NCBI GenBank assembly: GCA_964632395.1
Contig: CAZWES010000004.1
Coordinates: forward strand, 120 to 64,119
DNA: 64,000 nt
From: an uncultured Candidatus Peribacteria bacterium
Lineage (GTDB): Bacteria; Patescibacteriota; Gracilibacteria; Peribacterales; Peribacteraceae
Reading direction: 5' to 3'
Shown here: positions 8,650 through 16,173 of the stretch, piece by piece
Position numbering within the stretch: position 1 is the stretch's first letter
Layout of the letters: each line of letters begins with the position of its first letter
Program-made: the position numbers and the translations under genes
Notes under the pieces: generated by a model
The model's database searches: none
What the model was told of the DNA's origin: nothing
Seen by the model: only the letters and a program-made list of their open reading frames with translations

Positions 8650-10047
8650 CTATGCCGCAACCTTCGCACAACTATCGCATTTCTCCACCATTCCCTCGCC
8701 CTCGGGATTTGGAACTTCCACGAGCGTGCCCTTGCCGCAGAATGGGCAGGGCGGTCCGAATGCACCAGCTACTCCAGAGAATCCAGCTCCCTGCAAAGCC
8801 TGCATCAACTCCTCTGTGGAAACATCTTCGCGGATGGAAGAGGAGCGCGGGTGATCGCGCATCTTCTGCAAAACTTTTGCTTCAATTTGACGGATTCTTT
8901 CACGGGTAACCCCGAACTCTTTTCCGACTTCTTCCAGCGTATGCCCGATGCCGTCCGATAATCCGAACCGCATCTCAATAATTTTCCTTTCGCGTGGGGT
9001 CAAAAACTTTAGCATGTCGTGGACGCTTTCTTTTTTGAGTTGCTTGTTTGTGGATTCAAATGGAGAGACTGCATCTTTATCCTCAATAAAGTCCCCCAGA
9101 GTGTTATCTTCCTCCGATCCAACCGGAGCTTCGAGTGAAATGATGTCCTGGCTGATCTTCAGGATATGGCGGACTTTTTTGATGTCCATTCCAAGTTCTA
9201 CTGCAAGTTCTTCCACAGTCGGCTCTCGTCCAAGCTCCTGCACAGTTCGTCTCTGCGTGTGTGTCAATTTATTAATTGTCTCCACCATGTGAACAGGAAT
9301 TCGGATCGTGCGTGCCTGATCTGCGATCGCGCGGGTGATCGCCTGACGAATCCACCATGTTGCGTATGTGCTGAATTTGAATCCACGCTCGGGGTCGAAC
9401 TTTTCAACCGCGCGGAAGAGGCCGATGTTTCCTTCCTGAATAAGATCAAGGAAAGAAAGCCCGCGACCGATGTACTTCTTCGCAATACTGACGACCAATC
9501 TCAAATTAGCCTCCGCAAGTTGTTGCTTGGCTGAGGGATCGCCTTTGCGGATGCGCCTTGCAAGTTCTACCTCGCGCTTTGCATCAATTAGTGGAACGCG
9601 CCCGATCTCCGAAAGATACATGCGAACCGAGTCATTGCTGATTTCCAGCAGATCTACCTCGCGTTCTTTCTTGCGCTTTTTCGCTTCATCCTTCGGTAGA
9701 TCCTTGGTCAGCTCATCCACCGGAATACCGGCTGTGGCAACCACATGAGTAAGGTCGTCATCGTCTTCGTCTTCGTTGTCCTTCTCATCTTTTATTCCAT
9801 TCTTCTTTTCCCATATGAGCGAATCCTTCACATCAATCACTTCAACTCCAAGACCCATGAAGAGTTCATACACATCATCCAGCAATTCAATATTTTGCTC
9901 GCCATCGGGAATTGCGGTCATAATTTCCTGATGAGTCACATAGCGCTGTTCGCGCCCCTTCTTGATAAGATGTTTTATTTCCAGCGGAAACTTCTTTAAG
10001 TCGTCATCCGTCGGTTGGACTATGAATTTACGGGGGTGGGAGGCCAT
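8650..10047 (-). CDS. rpoD: RNA polymerase primary sigma factor (sigma-70) with C-terminal zinc-ribbon-like extension
   Basis: Region 2 [14 protein letters not shown]. Region 4.2 [24 protein letters not shown]. Acidic non-conserved region. About 55 extra C-terminal residues carrying CPFC-x19-CDSC. Confidence 0.9.
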   Translation of the reverse strand: MASHPRKFIVQPTDDDLKKFPLEIKHLIKKGREQRYVTHQEIMTAIPDGEQNIELLDDVYELFMGLGVEVIDVKDSLIWEKKNGIKDEKDNEDEDDDDLTHVVATAGIPVDELTKDLPKDEAKKRKKEREVDLLEISNDSVRMYLSEIGRVPLIDAKREVELARRIRKGDPSAKQQLAEANLRLVVSIAKKYIGRGLSFLDLIQEGNIGLFRAVEKFDPERGFKFSTYATWWIRQAITRAIADQARTIRIPVHMVETINKLTHTQRRTVQELGREPTVEELAVELGMDIKKVRHILKISQDIISLEAPVGSEEDNTLGDFIEDKDAVSPFESTNKQLKKESVHDMLKFLTPRERKIIEMRFGLSDGIGHTLEEVGKEFGVTRERIRQIEAKVLQKMRDHPRSSSIREDVSTEELMQALQGAGFSGVAGAFGPPCPFCGKGTLVEVPNPEGEGMVEKCDSCAKVAA

Positions 10048-10099
10048 GTGAGGAGAGTATAAGGGAAAATTGAGGGAGGGGAAGGGACTTCCTTAAGGA

Positions 10100-10200
10100 A
10101 ATTCCAAGCACCAAATTCCAAAAGAATTCCAAATCTCAAATAACAAAGCCTTTTGAGATTTGGAATTTGAGATTCTTTTGGTGCTTGGAATTTGGTGCTT
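10100..10200. repeat. About 100-nt imperfect palindrome (family E), downstream of dnaG
   Basis: Arms AAGCACCAAATTCCAAAAGAATTCCAAATCTCAAA / TTTGAGATTTGGAATTTGAGATTCTTTTGGTGCTT. A second copy lies at 17628-17725. Confidence 0.8.
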
Positions 10201-10205
10201 TTTTA

Positions 10206-11933
10206 TCACCCCGTCATCGCCGTCAACTTAAGCACCTTCTGGTACTGCGTAAGCAGCTTCTCCTCATCCAATTTCTTTCCCTCATCACGTGCGCTTTTGA
10301 TCTCTTCGATCAACTTCATTTGTTTTGTACGCAGGGTATCCTGATTAACTTTTCGGCAGAGGCTCTTTAGCTCAACTTTAGATTTTTCCTCCGACCACGT
10401 TCCAAAATGTTCTTCGCAATAGAGCTGTAGGATTGATGCTTTCTCGCGAATGCTCTCAGGTAAATCATCGGGCTTGATATCTTCTGCATTCTTTTCTGCA
10501 AGGTCTTTGAGTGCATGATAAAGCTCGAGTAGATTTTCTTCTTCCGGCTCCAGCATTTCTTTTGTTATTGAGAGGTGGGCGGGGTATGTGAGGAACAGTC
10601 CAAGCAGAATTTGTGTTGACTGGAATGGTGATGCAGCTTCTCTGCTTTTTTCTTCCTCACGCTTTTTTGCAATCTGACTCTCTTTTTTCAGATCATCTTC
10701 CAACGCCGTGATTGTTGTGCCGATGAATTCGGAAGCATTTTTCACCGCCTCCTCTTTTTCCACTGCAGACGGGATGGAGTTTACCAAAGGCATGATTTTT
10801 TGCAGGATTGCGCGTTTTTCCATCTTTGACTCTTTGAGTTTTGCAAAAAGCGCATCCAGATACGGAATTCCGCCTTCCTCACACACACCCTTCAGGGCAT
10901 CTGGTGCATTATTCACACATTCATCCGGGTCTTTCCCTGCAGGAATTATCAAAGACCGGACATCCAGGTCCTGTGCTTTGCAAAGCAAAAACGCGCGCTC
11001 GGCTGCGTCTTCTCCGGCGGCATCCTGATCAAAGCAGAGGAGTACGCGGTCAGCTGTGCGCTTGAGTATCAAGGCATGTTGCTCAGTCAAAGCTGTTCCG
11101 GAAGCCGCAACAACGTTTTTGATGCCGATTCTGTGGAAGGCCAGAACGTCAAAGTATCCCTCAACCATTATCACGGTTTTGGTTTTGCGGATTGCCTCTT
11201 TTGCGTGAGAGATTCCATAAAGTGCAGTTGATTTGTTGTACAGCGGTCCATCCGGAGAGTTGATGTACTTTGCATCATCTTCGCCCAGCGTTCTCCCTCC
11301 AAAGCCGATGATGTTCGCATGCACATCCAAAATTGGAAACATCAACCGGTTCCGGAATCTGTCATAGATCCGCTCTTCCTGTAATTCCTTCTGAATACCG
11401 AGCCCTGCCTTCATAATCTCCGACCGCGAGAATCCTTTTTTAAGCAAATGCGTGTAAGTTGCATCAAACGAATCCGGTGCGTAACCGATTGCAAAAGATT
11501 TGGAAATCTCAGGTGAGATCGACCGATCAGTCAGATATTTGATGGCCTTTTCATTCTCATTAAGCGAAACCTTGTAAAAAAGCGCAGCCTCCTCCAGACA
11601 CTCCCTCAGTCTGATTTTCTCATCCTTTGTTGGCCCGGGCGTGAAAGCCTTCTCCCTCGGCAGCTCCACGCCAGTCTTCTCAGCCAGATCCTTGATGGCC
11701 TGACGAAAATCGACTCCCTCAATCTCCTGATAGAAACTGAAGATATCGCCACCCTTTTGGCATGGGAAGCAGTACGCAATTCCCTTATCCGGCGAAACGG
11801 TCAAACTTGGCCGAGTATCATTATGGAAAGGGCAAAGACACACAAAATTCCTGCCTTTCTTCTGTATTTGGCAGTACTGGCCTACAAGCTCCTCAATCGG
11901 GAGACGTGCTTTGATTTCGGAGACGGGATCCAT
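10206..11933 (-). CDS. dnaG: DNA primase
   Basis: Zinc finger CPFHNDTRPSLTVSPDKGIAYCFPCQKGGD. TOPRIM motifs VIMVEGYFDV and LCFDQDAAGEDAA. Confidence 0.92.
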   Translation of the reverse strand: MDPVSEIKARLPIEELVGQYCQIQKKGRNFVCLCPFHNDTRPSLTVSPDKGIAYCFPCQKGGDIFSFYQEIEGVDFRQAIKDLAEKTGVELPREKAFTPGPTKDEKIRLRECLEEAALFYKVSLNENEKAIKYLTDRSISPEISKSFAIGYAPDSFDATYTHLLKKGFSRSEIMKAGLGIQKELQEERIYDRFRNRLMFPILDVHANIIGFGGRTLGEDDAKYINSPDGPLYNKSTALYGISHAKEAIRKTKTVIMVEGYFDVLAFHRIGIKNVVAASGTALTEQHALILKRTADRVLLCFDQDAAGEDAAERAFLLCKAQDLDVRSLIIPAGKDPDECVNNAPDALKGVCEEGGIPYLDALFAKLKESKMEKRAILQKIMPLVNSIPSAVEKEEAVKNASEFIGTTITALEDDLKKESQIAKKREEEKSREAASPFQSTQILLGLFLTYPAHLSITKEMLEPEEENLLELYHALKDLAEKNAEDIKPDDLPESIREKASILQLYCEEHFGTWSEEKSKVELKSLCRKVNQDTLRTKQMKLIEEIKSARDEGKKLDEEKLLTQYQKVLKLTAMTG

Positions 11934-12002
11934 TCATCGTGAGGGGAATCGAGCGATGGGATGTGGATCATAGCACGTGCGCAGAGGATGACGTTACCTT
12001 TT

Positions 12003-12587
12003 TTATAGTTTGCACAATTGACCTACGATGTGAGCAGCAGTTTTCCTTACAGTAAACCCAACTTTTCTCTCATCAGTTAGAACCTCATCTTTGATGTTAA
12101 TGTCGTGTATATCTTCAAGATCCATAAAGAACTCCAATAAATCGTGAGAATCGTAGCCAATCAGATCTTTGCAGCTACTTCCCCAATTCACTTTTTCAGG
12201 CTCTGTGCCAGCAATGTTTTGTAGAACTACCCGAATTGTTTGAAATATGTCATCCAGAACGGCCTTTTTAACTCCAGGACTATTATTGTGTGAGATCATT
12301 AAAAATTTTCTTGCAAGGGCCTGTACTTCCTGACGACTCATATCTGATTTATCTGCAATGTCGGATGCAATTTCGGGGTTCTTGATAAGAGCGATTGCCA
12401 CAACAACTGTTTCTTCGTTGCAATAAGGTTCAGGTGCTAGTTGTGCAAACTTGCACATCTTTTGTTCTAGGAGCTGTGGTTTAATCGATTGTATAAGTTC
12501 TTCAGTACTTCTTTCGATTGGCCTTTTGTCTGCACTCTGTAGTTCTGTTTCTTGCATGATGGTTTGGTGGTAAGAAATGGATAACAT
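12003..12587 (-). CDS. Hypothetical protein with C-terminal acyl-carrier-protein-like (PP-binding-like) domain
   Basis: KDLIGYDSHDLLEFFMDLEDIHDINIKDE parallels the ACP segment [27 protein letters not shown]. Its ATG shares one nt with the leuS TAA (TAATG). Confidence 0.5.
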   Translation of the reverse strand: MLSISYHQTIMQETELQSADKRPIERSTEELIQSIKPQLLEQKMCKFAQLAPEPYCNEETVVVAIALIKNPEIASDIADKSDMSRQEVQALARKFLMISHNNSPGVKKAVLDDIFQTIRVVLQNIAGTEPEKVNWGSSCKDLIGYDSHDLLEFFMDLEDIHDINIKDEVLTDERKVGFTVRKTAAHIVGQLCKL

Positions 12588-15499
12588 TAGACAACAAGAC
12601 TCACCAACTTTCCAGCAACATACACCTCTTTTTTCACGGTTTTTCCGGAAATGTACTTCTGCACGTTCTCGTGAGCTTTTGCCTGCGAAATTGCCTCTTC
12701 TTCGGAAATATCGGCCGGAACCTCCAAATTTGCACGAACTTTGCCGTTTACCTGCACAACCAGTGTGAAGGTGTTGGAGATTAGCTTGGATTCATCATAA
12801 GTTGGCCAGTCGGATTCGATTACGAAGCCTTTGGAACCCGTGAGCTCCCACATTTCCTCGGCGAGGTGGGGGGCGAGGGGGGCGAGAAGTTTGGTAAAAG
12901 TAATTGCAGTTTCTTTTATAACTGATCCTGCTTTTTCCATCTCGTTCAAAAGAATCATCAGTGCGCTGATTGCGGTGTTGAAGTTGAATGTAGAAATATC
13001 ATCAGTTACTTTTTTGATTGTTTGATGGAGCAGGGGAGTCACGGATGATGAATCCTCTTTGGCTGATATTTTTTGTGAATCAGAGAAGTAGGAGTAGATG
13101 CGTTTTACAAAGCGGTCCATGCCTTTTATTCCGCTATCGTTCCAGTCGCCGCCGTGCATGAATGGTCCCATGAACATCAGGTACATCCGGAAAACATCTG
13201 ATCCGTATTTCTCTACAAAGTCATCAGGAGAAACCACATTCCCGCGCTTGCTCATTTTTGAACCCTTGTGCGTTATGAGCCCCTGATGGACCAGGCGCTG
13301 GAATGGTTCCTCTGCTTTTATGTGTCCAAGATCTTTAAGGACCATCGTTACAAAACGTGCGTATATCAGGTGCATGCAGGCGTGCTCGGGACCCCCGATG
13401 TAGAGATCAACAGGCATCCACTTCTTTTCAATACCTTTTGGAATAAATTCTTTTTGGCTGCCTTCCGAGAGAAATCGGAATTGATAGAAGCTGCTGCAGA
13501 CGAATGTGTCCATTGTGTCCACTTCCGGCCGCCAACCCTTTCCGAATATTTTTTCCGTGCGTTCAACAAATTCTTTCGATTGCGCGAGTGGAGATTTTCC
13601 TTTTGGCTTAAATTCAACGTCGGTTGGAAGTTTCCAGGGCAGATGTTTTTCCGGGATCGGATGAGGATTTCCTTCCGGGTCATAGACAATTGGGATAGGT
13701 GCTCCCCAGTAGCGTTGTCGGGAGATGAGCCAATCACGCAGGCGATAAGTTGTTACTCGTTTGCCCCATCCTTTTTCCACAAAGTAATCCATAATTTTTT
13801 CTTTGGCATCCATGATTTCCATGCCATCCAGAAAATCTGAATTTGTCATGGTTCCGGCTTCTTCCTGAACCTGTTCGATGCGTGTGATATCGGAGGTGTC
13901 TCCATCGGGTCCAATCACCACACGAACGACTGGAAGATCGAAAGTTGTTGCGAACTCGAAATCACGCACGTCGTGGCCTGGCACTCCCACAACTGCACCT
14001 GTTCCAAATCCTGCGAGGACAAAGTCGGAAACCCAAATAGGCATTTTCTCCCCATTTAGATTATTGATCGCATAATGCCCGGTAAAAACACCTGTCTTCT
14101 TTTTGCCTTCCTCCTGCCTCTCAAGTTCAGTCTTGTTCATAGACTTTTTGATGTAATCATCAACTTCCTTGTTGTTTCTGGAAACCATACGGGCAAAAGG
14201 ATGTTCAGGTGCTAGGACAACAAAAGTGGCGCCAAAATTGGTATCAGGCCGCGTTGTGAAAGTTGTTATAGTTATCGGTAATTTCGACAGAATTCGCCCA
14301 TTTTCCTCAACATTGCCATTCTTTGGGTTTTGTTGGATGTAATTTAAAACTGATTCAAATTGTTCCAGGTTTGTTACTTCTTCGAAGTGGTTGCCTTTAG
14401 CCCAAACAGGTCCTTGCCTGTCGTACTGTTCGTTGAAATCGTGGGCGCTGCCTCCTTTTAGCTTCCTGACAATATCCTTTTCCAAGTGCCTCCCTTTTTC
14501 AAACGAAATAAGCAAATGAAGGTGTTCCAGCATTGCACATGCCTCATGAAGAATTATGTTATGCCTTTTTGCAACTGCACCGATAATTCTAAGCATAGAA
14601 GATGCGATTTGTGATTTGGAAAACAAATTTTCTCTGTTCTTTGGTTCTATGGTTATGTGAACAGTACGCTTAGTGGGCTGAAGCCCGGTTGATTTCGTAT
14701 CGTTAACCCCGCCCTTAAGGGCGGGGTTAACGCAACTATCGTTATCGGGCTTTAGCCCTTCATCCCAACCTATAACTCCGCGCTTAATACCTTCAATCTC
14801 ATAAATAATATCGATTCCGCGCTTTTTTCCAATCCAGTTTTTCTGCATCAGTTTAGTCTTTTCCGGCCATTCAATTTTTTCAAGGCCTTCAAGCAACTGA
14901 TCGGAATATTTTGTGATCTTCCAATACCACTGTGTTAACGGCTTTTGTACCACTTCGTTATCACACCGCTCACATATTCCATCCCAAACCTGCTCGTTTG
15001 CAAGAACCGTTTGGCAATCCGGGCAAAAGTTCACATTTCCCTCTGAGCGGTATGCAAGATTGGAATTGTACATCTGCAAAAATAGCCACTGTGTCCAGCG
15101 GTAGTATTCGGACTCGGATGTGTTCAGTGTTTTGCTCCAGTCGTATGTGCATCCCATTCGTTTGTATTGCTTAACCATATACTCAACATTTTCCTGAGTC
15201 GAATCGTGCGGGTGCATTTTTTTCTTAATTGCATTGTTCTCCGCGGGCAAACCGAACGCATCAAATCCTATTGGGTGGAGCACGTCCTTCCCGCACATTT
15301 TCATAAAGCGGCTGAACGAATCCGGAGTGGAATACTGGAACCAGTGCCCAACGTGCAGGCGGGATCCGCTTGGGTATGGAAACATAACCAGGCAGTAATA
15401 GGGATTCTTCGCTTTCTTAAGATCAACCTTGTACACACCGGATTCTTCCCAGCGTTTTTGCCATTTGGATTCGATGGTGGAGGGGTCGTAGGTGGGCAT
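12587..15499 (-). CDS. leuS: Leucyl-tRNA synthetase carrying an in-frame insertion of about 165 aa (HUH/Y1 transposase-like domain)
   Basis: PYPSGSRLHVGHW (HIGH), TTRPDTNFGATFVVLAPEHP (CP1 editing domain), GSKMSKRGN (KMSKS) and a C-terminal anticodon-binding region. Uninterrupted 970-aa ORF. Confidence 0.93.
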   Translation of the reverse strand: MPTYDPSTIESKWQKRWEESGVYKVDLKKAKNPYYCLVMFPYPSGSRLHVGHWFQYSTPDSFSRFMKMCGKDVLHPIGFDAFGLPAENNAIKKKMHPHDSTQENVEYMVKQYKRMGCTYDWSKTLNTSESEYYRWTQWLFLQMYNSNLAYRSEGNVNFCPDCQTVLANEQVWDGICERCDNEVVQKPLTQWYWKITKYSDQLLEGLEKIEWPEKTKLMQKNWIGKKRGIDIIYEIEGIKRGVIGWDEGLKPDNDSCVNPALKGGVNDTKSTGLQPTKRTVHITIEPKNRENLFSKSQIASSMLRIIGAVAKRHNIILHEACAMLEHLHLLISFEKGRHLEKDIVRKLKGGSAHDFNEQYDRQGPVWAKGNHFEEVTNLEQFESVLNYIQQNPKNGNVEENGRILSKLPITITTFTTRPDTNFGATFVVLAPEHPFARMVSRNNKEVDDYIKKSMNKTELERQEEGKKKTGVFTGHYAINNLNGEKMPIWVSDFVLAGFGTGAVVGVPGHDVRDFEFATTFDLPVVRVVIGPDGDTSDITRIEQVQEEAGTMTNSDFLDGMEIMDAKEKIMDYFVEKGWGKRVTTYRLRDWLISRQRYWGAPIPIVYDPEGNPHPIPEKHLPWKLPTDVEFKPKGKSPLAQSKEFVERTEKIFGKGWRPEVDTMDTFVCSSFYQFRFLSEGSQKEFIPKGIEKKWMPVDLYIGGPEHACMHLIYARFVTMVLKDLGHIKAEEPFQRLVHQGLITHKGSKMSKRGNVVSPDDFVEKYGSDVFRMYLMFMGPFMHGGDWNDSGIKGMDRFVKRIYSYFSDSQKISAKEDSSSVTPLLHQTIKKVTDDISTFNFNTAISALMILLNEMEKAGSVIKETAITFTKLLAPLAPHLAEEMWELTGSKGFVIESDWPTYDESKLISNTFTLVVQVNGKVRANLEVPADISEEEAISQAKAHENVQKYISGKTVKKEVYVAGKLVSLVV
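14280..14790 (-). mobile_element. In-frame RAYT / IS200-IS605 TnpA-like (HUH Y1 transposase) domain plus REP-like hairpin module embedded in leuS
   Basis: The translation VHITIEPKNRENLF...ILHEACAMLEHLHLLIS...VWAKGNHFEEV...LNYIQQNPKNG has the HUH motif (HLH, 14516-14524) and the catalytic-Tyr motif Y-I-x-x-N-P (Tyr codon 14339-14341). It lies between the LeuRS segments IEGIKRG and ITTFTTRPDT. Confidence 0.75.
14675..14758. repeat. 84-nt three-hairpin module 1, inside the leuS coding sequence
   Basis: GGGCTGAAGCCC, 15 nt, the perfect 30-nt palindrome GTTAACCCCGCCCTTAAGGGCGGGGTTAAC (14702-14731), 15 nt, GGGCTTTAGCCC. An adjacent half-site TAACTCCGCGCTTAA lies at 14772-14786. Confidence 0.9.
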
Positions 15500-15523
15500 G
15501 ATAAATGTTGAGGTGAGTATAAC

Positions 15524-15607
15524 GGGCTAAAGCCCGTATTTAAAAAGCACGTTAACTCCGCGCTTAAGCGCGGAGTTAACGTAACTGTCGTTGTTGGGCT
15601 TTAGCCC
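15524..15607. repeat. 84-nt three-hairpin module 2, 25 nt upstream of the leuS start codon
   Basis: GGGCTAAAGCCC, 15 nt, the perfect 30-nt palindrome GTTAACTCCGCGCTTAAGCGCGGAGTTAAC (15551-15580), 15 nt, GGGCTTTAGCCC. Same spacing as module 1. Followed by the hairpin CCAGCGGAAT-tt-ATTCCGCTGG (15611-15632). Confidence 0.9.
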
Positions 15608-15829
15608 GCGCCCAGCGGAATTTATTCCGCTGGGAGAGGAAAAAGAAGTGGATTCCCGGTAAGGGGTGGATGGATCAGGATTCATTCCACTGGGGTTAGA
15701 AAAAGTGGAATGATCTCCTTTGGGAGTGAAGGGAGAAGGCGGTAAAGGGCCTGAGTTTGGGAAAGATGGATGCGCCACAAGAAACATTATAAGTTTGACA
15801 AAACCAAATAAGCAAGTAAAGTGTACATC

Positions 15830-16162
15830 ATGAGAACAGTCGACCGTTATTATGACAGGGAGGGGGATATTTTTCAGACACCTGTAGCCGTTGTCAGGAG
15901 GTCTGTGGACGCTCAAAGTAGTCGTCTTTGGCATTTGAGAAACAACATTCATAGGTACTTGAGGTGTTGTTTGCGTGCAAAGCCAGATGATGAAGAAGTA
16001 TTATTCGTTCTGGAAGATCTTGTTTTTAACGGAACATTCCAAGCGGTTCGAGCAGATATGTTTGATGAGTTATTGAAACATCAAAATAGGGGTCACTACA
16101 TGAGAATTATGCAAGATGCTCTTCGTGAGAGAAATATTGAGAGAAAAAGCCAAAGAGCATGA
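15830..16162 (+). CDS. Hypothetical protein
   Basis: ORF open from GTG 15821, first ATG at 15830. Ends 11 nt before der. No recognisable motif. Confidence 0.35.
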   Translation: MRTVDRYYDREGDIFQTPVAVVRRSVDAQSSRLWHLRNNIHRYLRCCLRAKPDDEEVLFVLEDLVFNGTFQAVRADMFDELLKHQNRGHYMRIMQDALRERNIERKSQRA

Positions 16163-16173
16163 CGTGGTAGAAT

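Noticed and set aside
15527-15952. 141-aa minus-strand ORF upstream of leuS.
   Set aside because: Its C-terminal third (GLKPNNDSYVNSALKRGVN...) is just the translation of hairpin module 2, mirroring GLKPDNDSCVNPALKGGVN in leuS. The rest is Pro/Ser-rich low complexity, and it overlaps the plausible plus-strand ORF at 15830-16162.
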